The translations under genes were made by a program, and so were the position numbers. A stretch of 64,000 nt of DNA from Octopus sinensis (lineage: Eukaryota), in contig NC_043000.1 of the NCBI RefSeq assembly GCF_006345805.1, forward strand, positions 108,686,001-108,750,000. Direction: 5' to 3'. Of the stretch, positions 39,895-53,300 are shown in pieces; the stretch's first letter is position 1, and each line of letters begins with the position of its first letter. Under the pieces are notes generated by a model, which made no database searches, was not told the origin of the DNA, and saw only the letters and a program-made list of their open reading frames with translations.

Positions 39895-42800
39895 GGACAT
39901 GTTTGGGTTCCATGGCATACATGGAGGCTACAGTTTTGGTTCTCGCAATGTGAAGCTAAGTAAAAGCATGGTTACCCTTATATACAATTTCATCCCCTGT
40001 AACCCTCTCTATCTGAGTATCCCTAATCTTGTGGGCTCATAGGTACTGGTGCCACATGAAAAGCACGCATGCCAGTGCTGCTGCGTGAAAGCACCCAGTA
40101 CACACTGTACGAAGGGCATCCAGCTGTAGGGACCGAGAATGTAGTGGGTGCTTTTTATGTTATGTGTCACTGCCACAGGAGCCACTCAGGTGGCACTAGC
40201 ATCAACCATGTTAGGATGGTGCTTTTTACGTGCCATTGGCATGGGGAGCAAGTCATATACACACACACAAAAATTATTGAAACCACAACATTACATTTTA
40301 CCCAGTCTTTATCAAACCCACTCCGTTTGAGGATAAATTTGTTTAAATTATTTTTCTAGGCTTACTAATGTAAAGAATGAGGGTGGGGCAGGAGTTGTTG
40401 TTGATGAAAATGCCCTCTATTGTTTATTCCCTTCCCAACTAGAAACACTTGTGTCCACCGACCTTGTGGCAATGCATTGACATCACAACTTCCTTATATA
40501 TCCTGGGATTCATGACAATTTAAAAAAAAAAAGAGAACCAAATGTGTGTGTGTGTATAAGCATACATGTACATAAAGAAGTTGATTTACAAACACCTCTA
40601 TCTGTTTCTTTATTACCCACAAGGGGCTAAACATAGAGGGGGCAAACAAGGACAGACAAATGGATTAAGTTGATTACATCAACCCCAGTGCGTAACTGGT
40701 ACTTAATTTATCGAGGATGAAAGGCAAAGTCGACCTTGGCGGAATTTGAACTCAGAACGTAACAGCAGACGAAATACCACTAAGCATTTCGCCCAGTGTG
40801 CTAATGGTTCTGCCAGCTCGCCGCCTTTTTTACAAACACCTCTATCATTAACACAAACATAGATATCCCTACATACTTGCACATACACACACACATTATT
40901 CTTCTCGACACTTCCATACATACATATGCAGTTAACCACACACACACACACACACACAGACAGAATTGGACAACACAATAAATTGTGAATCTTGCAAAGA
41001 AGGCAAAATTTACATGAAAGTAGAATTTATGGAGCAGATGATGAAGGCCATGATGTTAAGTTGGTGATGGGAGATAGTGTAACACCTACCTACTTCTGCA
41101 TAATCGCTGTCCTCCTCCTCGTTTTCTGTTCCCGCATTTTGTTGCGAGATTTTATCAGTGGAGAGGTCATACTCGTGACTGACAGAAGTCCTGTTCTTGC
41201 TATTGTCATAGTAGGGGTCATCGTTGGAATGGTCCTTGATATTATCATAGTTGGGGTAATTGTTTACGTAGTGGGGGCTTTCCTGGTAGTTGTTGATAGT
41301 CTCATAGTAAATAGTCCCAGTGCTGTCGTTGCAATCTGATACACAAACAGCAGGACTTTTCCCTGTAATAACTCTACTGCCATCAGGACCACACTCACCA
41401 CCACCACCACCACCGTCCTGTGTCACAGCCACCAACGGCTTTTTGTGACTGTGACTAACACAGGCACCCATGTATATGTGACATGAAAACAAACTCAAAC
41501 TCTACCAAAAGTATCACCAAACTTCTCTGGCCCCTTACATCACAGTCCAGTACACTAAGCTCCTGATTAGTTGGTTTGTGTGATACTCAAGCAACACACA
41601 CACACACAAACAAACTAGTGTTGTTGCAGCTATAGACTGATAATCCTACTGTTTTTTTCTAGACCAGCCCCACTCCAGCCCCACTTGTGTAGTAAATGAG
41701 TTTGGGAACATAATCATTACCTTTAGGGCAACTGCACCTTCAATCAACCTCTTCCATTACTCCAACCAGCATTATTTAAATTGCTAGGACCCCTCAACAC
41801 CAACAACAACACTAACAAGGAGACACCCAGAAGTGGTGTGGGGGGTGGGGTATATTACCAAAAAGAAAGAAAGGAAAACACTTTCCCCACCACTGTCCCC
41901 ATCTCCATTCAATCAACAACAGATCACTCACCATTCCCAACAACAGCAGACAGCAACCACCTACCATCATCATCATCAACACCATTATTACTTATTACCA
42001 CCACCACCACACACAACATAATTCCTTTTCTCAACCTTCCCCACCCTCTCACCACTGCCACCATACAGACAACCTGTCAGTGTGTTATTGTCACCAAGAA
42101 CACCAGTGCCACCTCCAGCCAAATGTGACAACCACTAAAGCTTTCCCCAAAAAGATACTAAATACCAGGAAAAGCAGAAGTTGGTGTGTAGAGATGTGTG
42201 AATGAATAATGTCTTCTCCCCCTTGTTTATGGCACAGCTGGGGGGGGGGAGTTATAAGGGGGGGGGGTAGCTAGAGATGGATGGGGGCAAGGTACTTTAT
42301 TCCATGTCTTCTTGCCATTGAACCATCAAACTAGCAAAACTATTGTTTATTTGTGTGGTGATGGTCATGGTGTGTGTGTGTGGGGGGATGCCATAAGCCT
42401 GTCACTGCTGCCCAAGCAGGGTCAATGTGAAGATAAACACACACAGAGGTTTCAGTACAGTTTCTGTGTAGCAAACTTCACAGGTAAATCCAGAGTGGTC
42501 AATCCCAGGCTTTACTAGAAACTACTTATCCTATATGTGATGCAATGAAATTGAACCTGAAACCTTGTGGTTGGCAAGCAAACTTCTTAACCACACAGCC
42601 AAGCTTGTACCTTCTTCCCTATGACTGGCAGAGAAAGTGCACAAGTTACAAGTCACTACCAACTCTACTAGTGCTTCTACTACACCACCACCACTTACCA
42701 TGACCATCACCATTATAAGCAACAAATGTATTTATTTGTGAAGATGCCATTTTTACTTCACTTGACAATTATAAATTACATTTCACACCTGAATTATTCC

Positions 42801-45800
42801 ATTTCTGTCTGTCATTCTATTTCGTTGACTGTTATGGGAAGGAGGAGGTGCATGACTAGGAAGTAGAAAGAGACAGAAAGAGATGGAATAATTCAGGTGT
42901 GAAAGGTGATTTATAATTGTCAGGTGAAAAAAAATGCTAATACTCATCTTGCAGCAATCACACTATGTTGTGACAAGGAGACAGAACCTCCCCCCCCCAC
43001 ACACACACAGCAGGCTTCTTTGTGTTTCCATCTACCAAATCTACTCACAAGGTTTTGGTTGGCTCAAGGTGGCCATAGAAAACACTTGCCCAAGGTGCCA
43101 CACAAGGGGTCTGAACCTGAAACCATACGTTCGGGAAGAGTCGTGATTGCATTCAATATTGAAACTGTTCAGCTGGATTTGAACTTGGATATCATAAATC
43201 AGAACCTTTGTGTCATGTCAAGCAAACCATTTTCTTCTTGGATTGTATGCTAACAACTGCTGAGCAACACACACACACACACACACACACACAGTGCAAG
43301 CATCTTGTCAGGATGGGGAGGTGCTTGCAGAATGTGATGGTGGTGGAGGGCATGAAAACCAAGCAATTACATTACAGGAGTCATACATTGTATTACATAA
43401 ATTGCATCATATATACCAGCACATATTGTATTACATACATATATATTTCTTTACTACCCACAAGGGGCTAAACACAGAGGGGACAAACAAGGACAGACAA
43501 AGGGATTAAGTCGATTACATCAACCCCAGTGCGTAACTGGTACTTAATTTATCGACCCCGGAAGGACGAAAGGCAAAGTCGACCTCGGCGGAATTTGAAC
43601 TCGGAACGTAACGACAGACGAAATACGGCTACGCATTTCGCCCGGCATGCCAACGTTTCTGCCAGCTCGCCGCCATATTGTATTACATACATATAGTGCA
43701 GCATGTACCTGCATACGCTGTATTACTTAAATATATTGTGTTACACAGACAGTGAATAAATTTGACTGAACCCCACCTCACCACTCTTTGAAACAGAATA
43801 AGACAGTAAGAGAGAGAAAAAAAAACAGAATAATTGATAACTCACCTGTGGCAGGTTGATAATATACTGGCGATTGGTAATACGGATAGGAATAATTGTA
43901 TGGGGTATAGTAATAATTCATGTTAGGGTTGTTTAGATACATACTTATAGGTTGATGTATAAAAACAAAAACAAAAATACTATTCAGATTGTTGTGTAAG
44001 TGTATGCGTGTGTTGTGGAGCTTTATTTGGCACCAAACACTACTATATAGAAATAAATGTGATGGATACGAAGAGTGTAATTGGGCAGAAAATTTGCAAC
44101 ACAATTAAGTAAGGTGGATAATTAAAACTTGCTGGTCTGTAATTACATAACTGCTATTATAAAAATAAATTTCCTACTTTAAGAAACAAGATGAACTGAA
44201 ATCTAAACTTCAGTGAGTCTGAATGATAGATCACAGACAAAACGGGTCAAATGACTTCAACAGAATAATTTATGAAATAAATAAAAGAAAGGAGGAAAGA
44301 AACAAAGAAAATTAAAACAGACAAAAAAAAAACCTGAATAAAAATGATTAAGCAAGATAATGTGAGGAGTGAAGGTGTATGGGTATTTTATAAGTCACAG
44401 GGAGACTGACATCAGTGTGATGGTGTCATTGTAACACAGCTATGATGATAAATTGATTAACTTGAATTAGAAGATACAAGAGGCACCACCCATCAGATTA
44501 TGACAAATTGGCTGGCTGGCTGGCTGGTTTGTTGGTTGGCTGTCTGGTTGGTGTTCTGGTAATCCTACATCACAAGTTGTCCCCCACCCCACCACAACTA
44601 CCCACCTCACACCTGTAACATTTAATCTAATCTCTATTAACATTTAATGCAAAACAGTTGTACTTCCATTTACTTTAGTTTCATCCTCTTCACTGTGGCC
44701 CTCACCCCCAACAACTGCTGGAAACTGATTTCACAGCAATCTGTGTTCTAAAAGTCTGATAAACTTTTTCTTAATCTTTTTGTTGTTGTTTTAACTCACA
44801 TCACAGGGGGACATTGGGACGTAACTGGAAATTTCTTCAGCTTCAAGTTACCATATATTCAACTAAGTCACCTCAGGGTTCACAAAGATTAAAGCTACCA
44901 ATCTGTTCATATTCAGAGATATGAAGGATAAACGTCAGAATGAATCAAAGAAAAAGACATGGGGCAAAAGAGAAGATTCTCCATGGACACTGTTAAGTCT
45001 ACAAGTCTGGATTTGATTCCAGATCTGCAAACAAGCAAAGCACAAGCCTTTATACATGGTAGCTTAACATATAGCAACCAAATCTTCCCTGCTCAAATCA
45101 TACACTAATCGTAAATTACAAAAAACATATAATTATATAATAATATACAGAAAATTCAATATTTCCAATCGTAACCACTATAAAAATATTAACATTTTTT
45201 TTTGTTTTTGCTTTTAACATTTTTTTTGGTCCTTATTATATAGTCACATTATGTTGTGATTCCATTCCCATGTGATTTTATTCCCAGGTATGGCTTTGTA
45301 GTAAGTAATTTGCTTACCAATAACATGGTTCTAGGTTCAGTGAATAAAGGGTCCAATTTAGGTCGTATATCAGTGTGTGTATATAAAAAATTTTTTTCGT
45401 AATGTGGCAGTGGATGCTCAGATAGTGTTACCACTAGAATAAGAATAGCCTGGGCAAAGTTTAGAAAGCTTCTACCCCTACTGGTGACAAAAGGTCTCTT
45501 GCTCACAGTGAAAGGTAGATTGTATGATGCATGTGTGCAAACTGCCATGCTTCATGGCAGTGAAACATGGGCCGTGACTGTGGAGGACATGCGTAGGCTC
45601 AAAAGAAATGAAGCTAGCATGATCCGCTGGATGTGTAATGTCAGTGTCCATGCACAACAGAGTGTAAGCGTCCTGAGAGAAATGTTGGACATAAGAAGCA
45701 TCGGGTGTGGCATGCAGGAGAGATGTTTGCGTTGGTATGGTCATGCACTATGGATGGATGAGGAGAGATGTGTGAAGAAGTGCCACTCCCAAACAGTTGA

Positions 45801-46844
45801 AGGAATCCAGGGTAGAAGTAGACCCAGGAAGACATGGGATGAGGTGGTCAAACATGACCTTCGAACATTGGGCCTCACGGAGGCAATGACGAAAGACTGA
45901 GACCTTTGGAGATATGCTGTGACTGTGAAGACCTGACAAATTAAATGAGTTCATGGCTCGCAGGACGGCCTGCTGTGCTTACCTTGGATCGTAGGGCAAC
46001 CCGCTGTGCTTGAGGAGACCTATTGAGTCAAGTACATCAACATCAAAATAAAAATTAAATGGAAATTGTAGTTGTGATATCTGTACCAGTGGCACGTAAA
46101 AAGCACCAACCAATTGTGGCCGCTGCCAGTCTCCCCTGGCACCTGTGCCGGTGGCACGTAAAAAGCACCCACTACATTCACGGAGTGGTTGGCATTAGGA
46201 AGGGCATCCAGCTGTAGAAACACTGCCAGATCAGACTGGAGCCTGGTGCAGCCTCCTGGCTTCCCAGACACCGGTCGAACCGTCCAACCCATGCTAGCAT
46301 GGAAAACGGACGTTAAATGATGATGATGATATATAGATAGATAGATGAGGTAATACATATATGTATATATGTGTGAGTGCTTTTGTCCCCCATTACTTAA
46401 CTGGTTTTAGTTTGTTTACTTTCCTGTAACTTAACGGTTTGGCAAAAGAGACCAACAAAATAAGCACCAGGTAAAACACTGAGGGCCATTTGTTTCATAA
46501 AAATGCTTCAATGAGAGAGATTCAAGCAAAAGTGGAGAAAATACATAAAACTTTGGTGAAATGGAATTTCAAATGACCTAAAATAAATAAATCTGAGACA
46601 TTCCACCCCTAACTCCATCCCCGACACCCTTAATTTCATGCTTGCTGCCACAGCACTAATTTTACAACAGATAAAATAACACAGGCTGCACTCAAGACAC
46701 TCCATAGACACCAACAATTACAGGTGCAATGTCTATGCTACACCACCACCACCACCATGAACATCAACAGTAATTTCATACTAACTAAATGTACATCACT
46801 TTCCAGTTGTGGGATGGAATGAGTTAAGAGTATGTGTGTGTGTG

Positions 46845-46889
<45 letters not shown>

Positions 46890-47050
46890 GATATAAGATA
46901 AAATTTTTTCGGGAAAAAAATTTTATCAATGGCCAGCATATAAAAAAAATGCCTTTAAAGGTAAAATTTAAACATAGTTTACAAGATAAGGGCAGAAGAA
47001 AAATTCTAATGCCAGATACGCCGAAACAAAAAATTGTTGATAATCATTAA

Positions 47051-47113
<63 letters not shown>

Positions 47114-47298
47114 TATATGATAGATCAGTAGCCACTACACACATTTTTTTCTCTCCTTGTTTCTTTCTGTGTTCCTTTCTGTGGAAGAGCGTAGGCTCGA
47201 AAAATAAAAGAGTTGTTCAATTCCTGAGCATTATACTAATACATCTGTTTGTTTTCTACACCACCTGTCTTCATCTTTTGTTTTTTTCGTGAATTCTC

Positions 47299-47348
<50 letters not shown>

Positions 47349-50300
47349 TGCTAGCATGGAAAGCGGACGTTAAACGATGATGATGATGATGATGATACAC
47401 ACACACACACAGGGTGCAATGAGTAAACTGTTGCCATTTTATATTTCAAGTTTCATATATGCGCATTGTTTGAATCGTAGGGTCAGTTGGGCACTGTCTG
47501 TGAGAAAAACAGCACCATGACATAATTCACTGTGCCAGAAATTTGGAAACGACATGCTGTACTCCAATAACATGGTTTACAAACTCTATGCTTAAAATGA
47601 CCAATTTTAAATACTATTGGAACTTACACACAATATACAGGAAACTCCTATGTATACCATTCTGCTTAAATAATAGAACTGCAGATACAATATCCCTGCA
47701 TATATCACGTCTGTTTTCATTCCTCCACTTCACTCTCTATTTCATATCTTCTCGCACCGTCTCTGATGAAGGGATATATAAAATATCCCGGAAGCAACTA
47801 AACCTTCTCTTTGTAAATGTTCTGAAATCTTTCACAGCCTTGGATTTTTATCTCATTCTGTTAATTTTGATATCATCATCATCATTGTTTAACGTCCACT
47901 TTTCATGCTAGCATGGGTTGGACAGTTCTACTGGGGTCTGGGAAGCCCGAAGGCTGCACCAGGCCAGTCAGATCTGGCAGTGTTTCTACAGCTGGATGCC
48001 CTTCCTAACGCCAACCACTCCATGAGTGTAGTGGGTGCTTTTTACATGCCACCTGCACAGGTGCCAGGCGAGGCTGGCAACGACCACGATTGGATGGTGT
48101 TTGTTACATGCCACCGGCATGGAGACCAGTCGATGCGGTGCTGGTTACGGTCACGTTTGGATGGTTCTCTTACATGCCACCGGCACTGGTATCACAACTA
48201 CAAATTCCATTGATATTGATCGATTTTAATTTTGATTTTCACTTGCCTCAACAGGTCTTCACAAGTAGAGTTATGTGTCCCAAGAAGGAAGGTATGCACA
48301 GGTGGACTGACTACGTCCCAGGTAGAGACCACGGGTTATGGCCTCACTTGTCCTGCCGGGTCTTCTCACGCACAGCATACTTCCAAAGGTCTCGGTCACT
48401 GGTCATTTCCTCGGTGAGACCTAAAGAGCGATGGTCGTGCTTCACCACCTCGTCCCAGGTTTTCCTGGGTCTGCCTCTTCCACAGGTTCCCTCAACCGCT
48501 AGGGTGTGGCACTTTTTCCCACAACTATCTTCATCCATTCTTACCACCTGTCCATACCAGCGTACACGTCTCTCTTGCACACCACATCTGATGCTTCTTA
48601 GGTCCAACTTTTCTCTCAAGGCACTTACACTCTGTCGGGTATGAACACTGACATTACACATCCATCGGAGCATACTGGCTTCATTTCTTGCAAGCTTACG
48701 CATATCCTCAGCAGTCACGGCCCATGTTTCACTGCCATGTAGCATGGCTGTTCGTATACATGTGTCATACAGTCTGCCTTTTACTCTGAGTGAGAGGCCT
48801 TTTGTCACCAGCAAAGGTAAGAGCTCTCTGAGCTTTGCCCAGGCTGTTTGTACTCCAGCAGTTACACTTTCAGCACACCCGCCCCCGCTACTGACTTGAT
48901 CACCTAGGTAACGGAAACTATCAACTATTTCTAGTTTTTCTCCCTGGAATGTGGCGGAAGATGGTCTCTGCGCATTTTCAGTGTTTATTGCACCAGAGCA
49001 TCTGCCACATACAAAAACTATCTTCCTAGTTAGCCTTCCTTGAACATTGCTGCACCTCTTATGTGTCCATAGCTTACACTTGGTGCATCTTATAGAGTTC
49101 CTACCTACGCCTTTTCTACAGATCGAGCAGGGCCATCTACCTGAAGGCGTTTGTGATTTGTCTACCTTCCTACTTATTAGGACTTTGGTTTTAGCTCTAA
49201 GGCCCTTCGATTCTAATCCTTGCTTCCACGTCAGAAACTTCTCCTCCAGTTCTGATAGTGACTCAGTAATTAGAGCAAGGTCATCAGCATAGAGGAGCTC
49301 CCAGGGGCATCCTGTCTTGAATTCCTCCGTTATTGCTTGGAGGACTATGATAAATAGGAAGGGGCTGAGGACTGAGCCTTGGTGGACTCCAACTTCTACC
49401 TGGAATTCTTCACTGTACTCGTTGCCAACCCTCACCTTACTAACAGCATCCCTGTACATGACTCGCACAGCTCTCACTAACCATTCATCTATCCCTAGTT
49501 TCCTCATTGACCACCAGATAAGGGATCGGGTGACCCTGTCAAAGGCTTTCTCCAAGTCAACGAAAGCCAGGTACAGAGGTTTATCTTTGGCTAGGTATTT
49601 CTCCTGCAGCTGTCTCACCAGAAATATGGCATCGGTGGTGCTTTTCCCTGGCACGAAACTGAACTGCATCTCGTCCAGGTTGACTCTCTCCCTAATCAGT
49701 TGGGCTATGACCCTTTCCGTAACCTTCATTACCTGATCCAACAGCTTGATACCTCTGTAATTACTTGTATCTAGGGCGTCACCTTTACCATTGTAGCAGT
49801 TGACTATTATGCTACTACACCAGTCATTGGGTATGACTCCTTCATGTATCACCTGGTTAACTATACGGGTGACTAGGCTATAGCCGACACTGCCAGATAT
49901 TTTGAGCATCTCTGCAGTAATTCCTGATGGGCCTGGGGCTTTCCCTGTCTTCATGCTTCTAATTGCCTTAACTACCAAGGAACTGTCAACTCGGATAGCT
50001 GGTCCCTCAGTTGGGAGAAACCATTTTCTTTAAGTAAACTATGGCACATCTCTTAGCAAGATAATGCTGCTGGTATTTTATAGAAGTGCCAAGAAAACAT
50101 GGTGCCCCACCTTCAAAGAAGATCTGAAATAATTTAGTATCATCACCTGAGAAGATGCAGGCAACTATGTTCAAAACTAGGAAGAGTAGGGGCATCTTGC
50201 TGCTCAATGTAGCGGCCAATTGCATGGGAGGAACTCAGACTGTGTGGTGGGACTGAACGTGTTGTACCAATCTGAGAGATTATTATCAGTGATGAAAGAT

Positions 50301-53300
50301 GACACTGAACCCCTGGGGAAAGTAGATATTTTAACCCTTTAGTAAACTGGCAATATCTGACCCAAATAGTCTATCAGTTTAATGTTGAAACTGGCCAGAT
50401 CCAACTTCTTGTACATACCTTACAATGTTAGTCCAGAAATAAATACTCACATCATTGAAATCTCCAAGCCATGAGATAATGCAGGATTGAACTCAAAGTC
50501 CTGAAAATGTTCCATGTGTGAGTTGACTGCAGTGGTTAAGAAGCTTGTTCTGTAACCACAGAGTTTCGGGTTCAGTCCCAGTATGAGACACCTTGGGCAA
50601 GTGTCTGTGATTAGCCCTAGGCCAACAAATGCCTTCTGAGTGAATTTGGTAGGGAGAAACTTTGAGGAACCTGCTGTGTGTATGCGATGTCATTGTCTTT
50701 CATCACCACCAGCAACATTTGAATTGATTTGTTTACATTGTTGTAACTTAGCAGTTCTACAAAAGAGATCAATACAATAAGTACTGGGGCTGGTTTGTTC
50801 AACTAAATCCATCAAGGTTGTGCTCCAGCATGGCTGCAGTCACAGGACTGAAACACAAATATTGAAGAGGCAAACAAAATATTTACCATTTTCTTTGTTC
50901 CAAGACTGATAGGATTCTCCACATGCAAGTTTTTCATACCCACACTTGACACAATTTATTATTTTTTAGAGAATTGGACTCAATTCCTTACAATATTGAA
51001 CTGTATTGATCTGAGTTCAGATTGCAAATCCAACTGTGATCGATTGTTGAATGTCAACCTCCCAATAAATAATAAAATGACTTCCACTGTTCATGCTTAT
51101 TGATTGATTTCATCAACAAAACCTTTTGGTATTGATTTTATTGACCCTGGTCAACCCATGCATGGCTGAACACCAAATACAGAAAGAGAATATTAAATGC
51201 TGCAATTTTTTCCTTCTTTTTTAATTCAACACTGCTCCACTTTTTGTGGCTGTAAACCTTTTGCTTTAACATGACAGCAAATGGGAACAGGAAACCCATC
51301 GAGAAGCTTCTATGTAGTTTCCTCATCACCCCAAGGTGTTATTGTCTTAAGTTCAAGGACTCATAGGACTGGTTACCCAGTTTCCATGGCATTTAAATGA
51401 CAAAAGTCACAACACCCTCCCCGAATGAGATGCAATGAAGTTAATCCTAGCAAGGACACCTTTTTATGATAAAGTTAATCCTTTTGCAAACCTTCCAGAT
51501 CCATGAAATTGGAGATTATCTCTGGTTCCCATAGTACTGAGTTGCTTAAAGACAAACATTTTGATTGATTTTCTGGATGAGAAACAAATCTACTTGCTGC
51601 TCAGTTGAAAGTGAAGTTTTACTACAGGAAGAGGTCTTCAACTTAGCACTGCATGCCAACAAACCAATGCTGCTGCTGCCATTGCTTATGGCTTTGAACT
51701 AGAGACAATGAGAACAAATACAAGTATATCAAATACCATACAAAATTATTGATTTATTAAATTTATCTCCACCTCAAGAGGACGTATCAATTACCAAATT
51801 GCAATTAAAACCAGCTTCCCATGAGGAGATAACCTCAAGTATCAAAGATTTTCTGAAATTGATAGACCATTAAGGAAAAGAAAGAATTGGCTTACTGTCT
51901 GCAGATAAGAGGACAGTTGTGGACATAAGTTTCTGCCTCAATAGGCGTCATCAGCACAACCTACCTTGAGCAACCAATGAACTTTAGACTTATACAAAAA
52001 AAAGGAATAGACACATTTATGCCCCAGGTAATTTGTAATTTGTACAATTTGCGCAAAAAAGAGTTCAGAGAAAAAAGTCAGAGTGGCCAGTGGCATGTAT
52101 TTGGACCAAATAGATAAATACAAGTATATCAAATACCGTAAAATATAAATTCTTGGTGAAGTATCTTCGTCAAGAAGATACCCAGTGCTTACAACAACAA
52201 ACTATGAATGTCAAGTCTCTTGGCTGCTAATCCAGTTTCCTATTGACCCATCATAATCGTGTTCAACACACATCATGGAATTTATAACAGAATACCTCTT
52301 TTGCCTGTAAACTCTTTGCTTAGTGAATGAGTAAATAGTCTTTAAGCCACAGCTGGTTGGAAACTCTCTCATAAAAGTATGCTACTATTACATATAATTG
52401 ATCTAACGAGAGAAGGATCTATAAACTCTCACAGCTGCTGGATGCATTAACTGTTGTTATAAAAGAAAACCATTCTTATATCAATGTAGACTATCAGCAT
52501 TTTCCTTAGAGTTTGGATTTTACTGCAGCCACGTTTGTGCCTAGGACGACGACAACAACAACAGCATTAATTATGGAGTATTAATTACTTATTCCAACCG
52601 AAATGCAAAGTTATGGGGTTGGTAAAATATATGAATGCACACATGCACACATTCAAGTTAAAATCTGAATTTAGTTGATGAAACTGGACTTAAAATTTCC
52701 TTTGTAAAATATGAGTTTGAAAGAAATTCAGAAATCATCATCATCATTCTTGTTTTAATGTCTACTTTTAAATGCTTGCATGGATTAGGCACAATTTATC
52801 AAAGCAGATTTTCTATGGTTGGATGCACTTCCTGTCACCCACCCTTACCTATTTCCCAGCAAAGAAATATTTCCCCATGGCCAGACATGTGCAGCAGAAT
52901 AGCAGAAATGAATAACATTGCTTGTAAAGCAGCAATACTCATTTACAACCATGATATCAAGAGATACATTCATACACATATGAACACATGCACATACATG
53001 TGTGTATGTGTGTGATGAGCTTCTTACTGTTTCCACCAACCAAGTCCATTCACACAACTTTGAGCAATCTAGGGCAAAAGTAGAAGATACTTGCCCAAAG
53101 TGCCACACAGTGACACTGAACTCAAAACCAAGAATTTGGGAAGTAAGCTTCTTCACCATTTTTCTCACTACATTATTTTAGCTTACTTCAACATTTTTAA
53201 CCCACTTACCTATTGTTCATCAAGAAGATGTCATCTCAAAACGATATCATTTCTAAACAAATTTAGTTTTAATACCTTCAAACTTTACTTCTGTCCATTT

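Noticed and set aside
51630-51700. AAAAIAYG peptide resembling the HSP70 NEPTAAAIAYG motif
   Set aside because: It needs a frameshift, the GCT repeat explains part of the match, and neither flank resembles HSP70.
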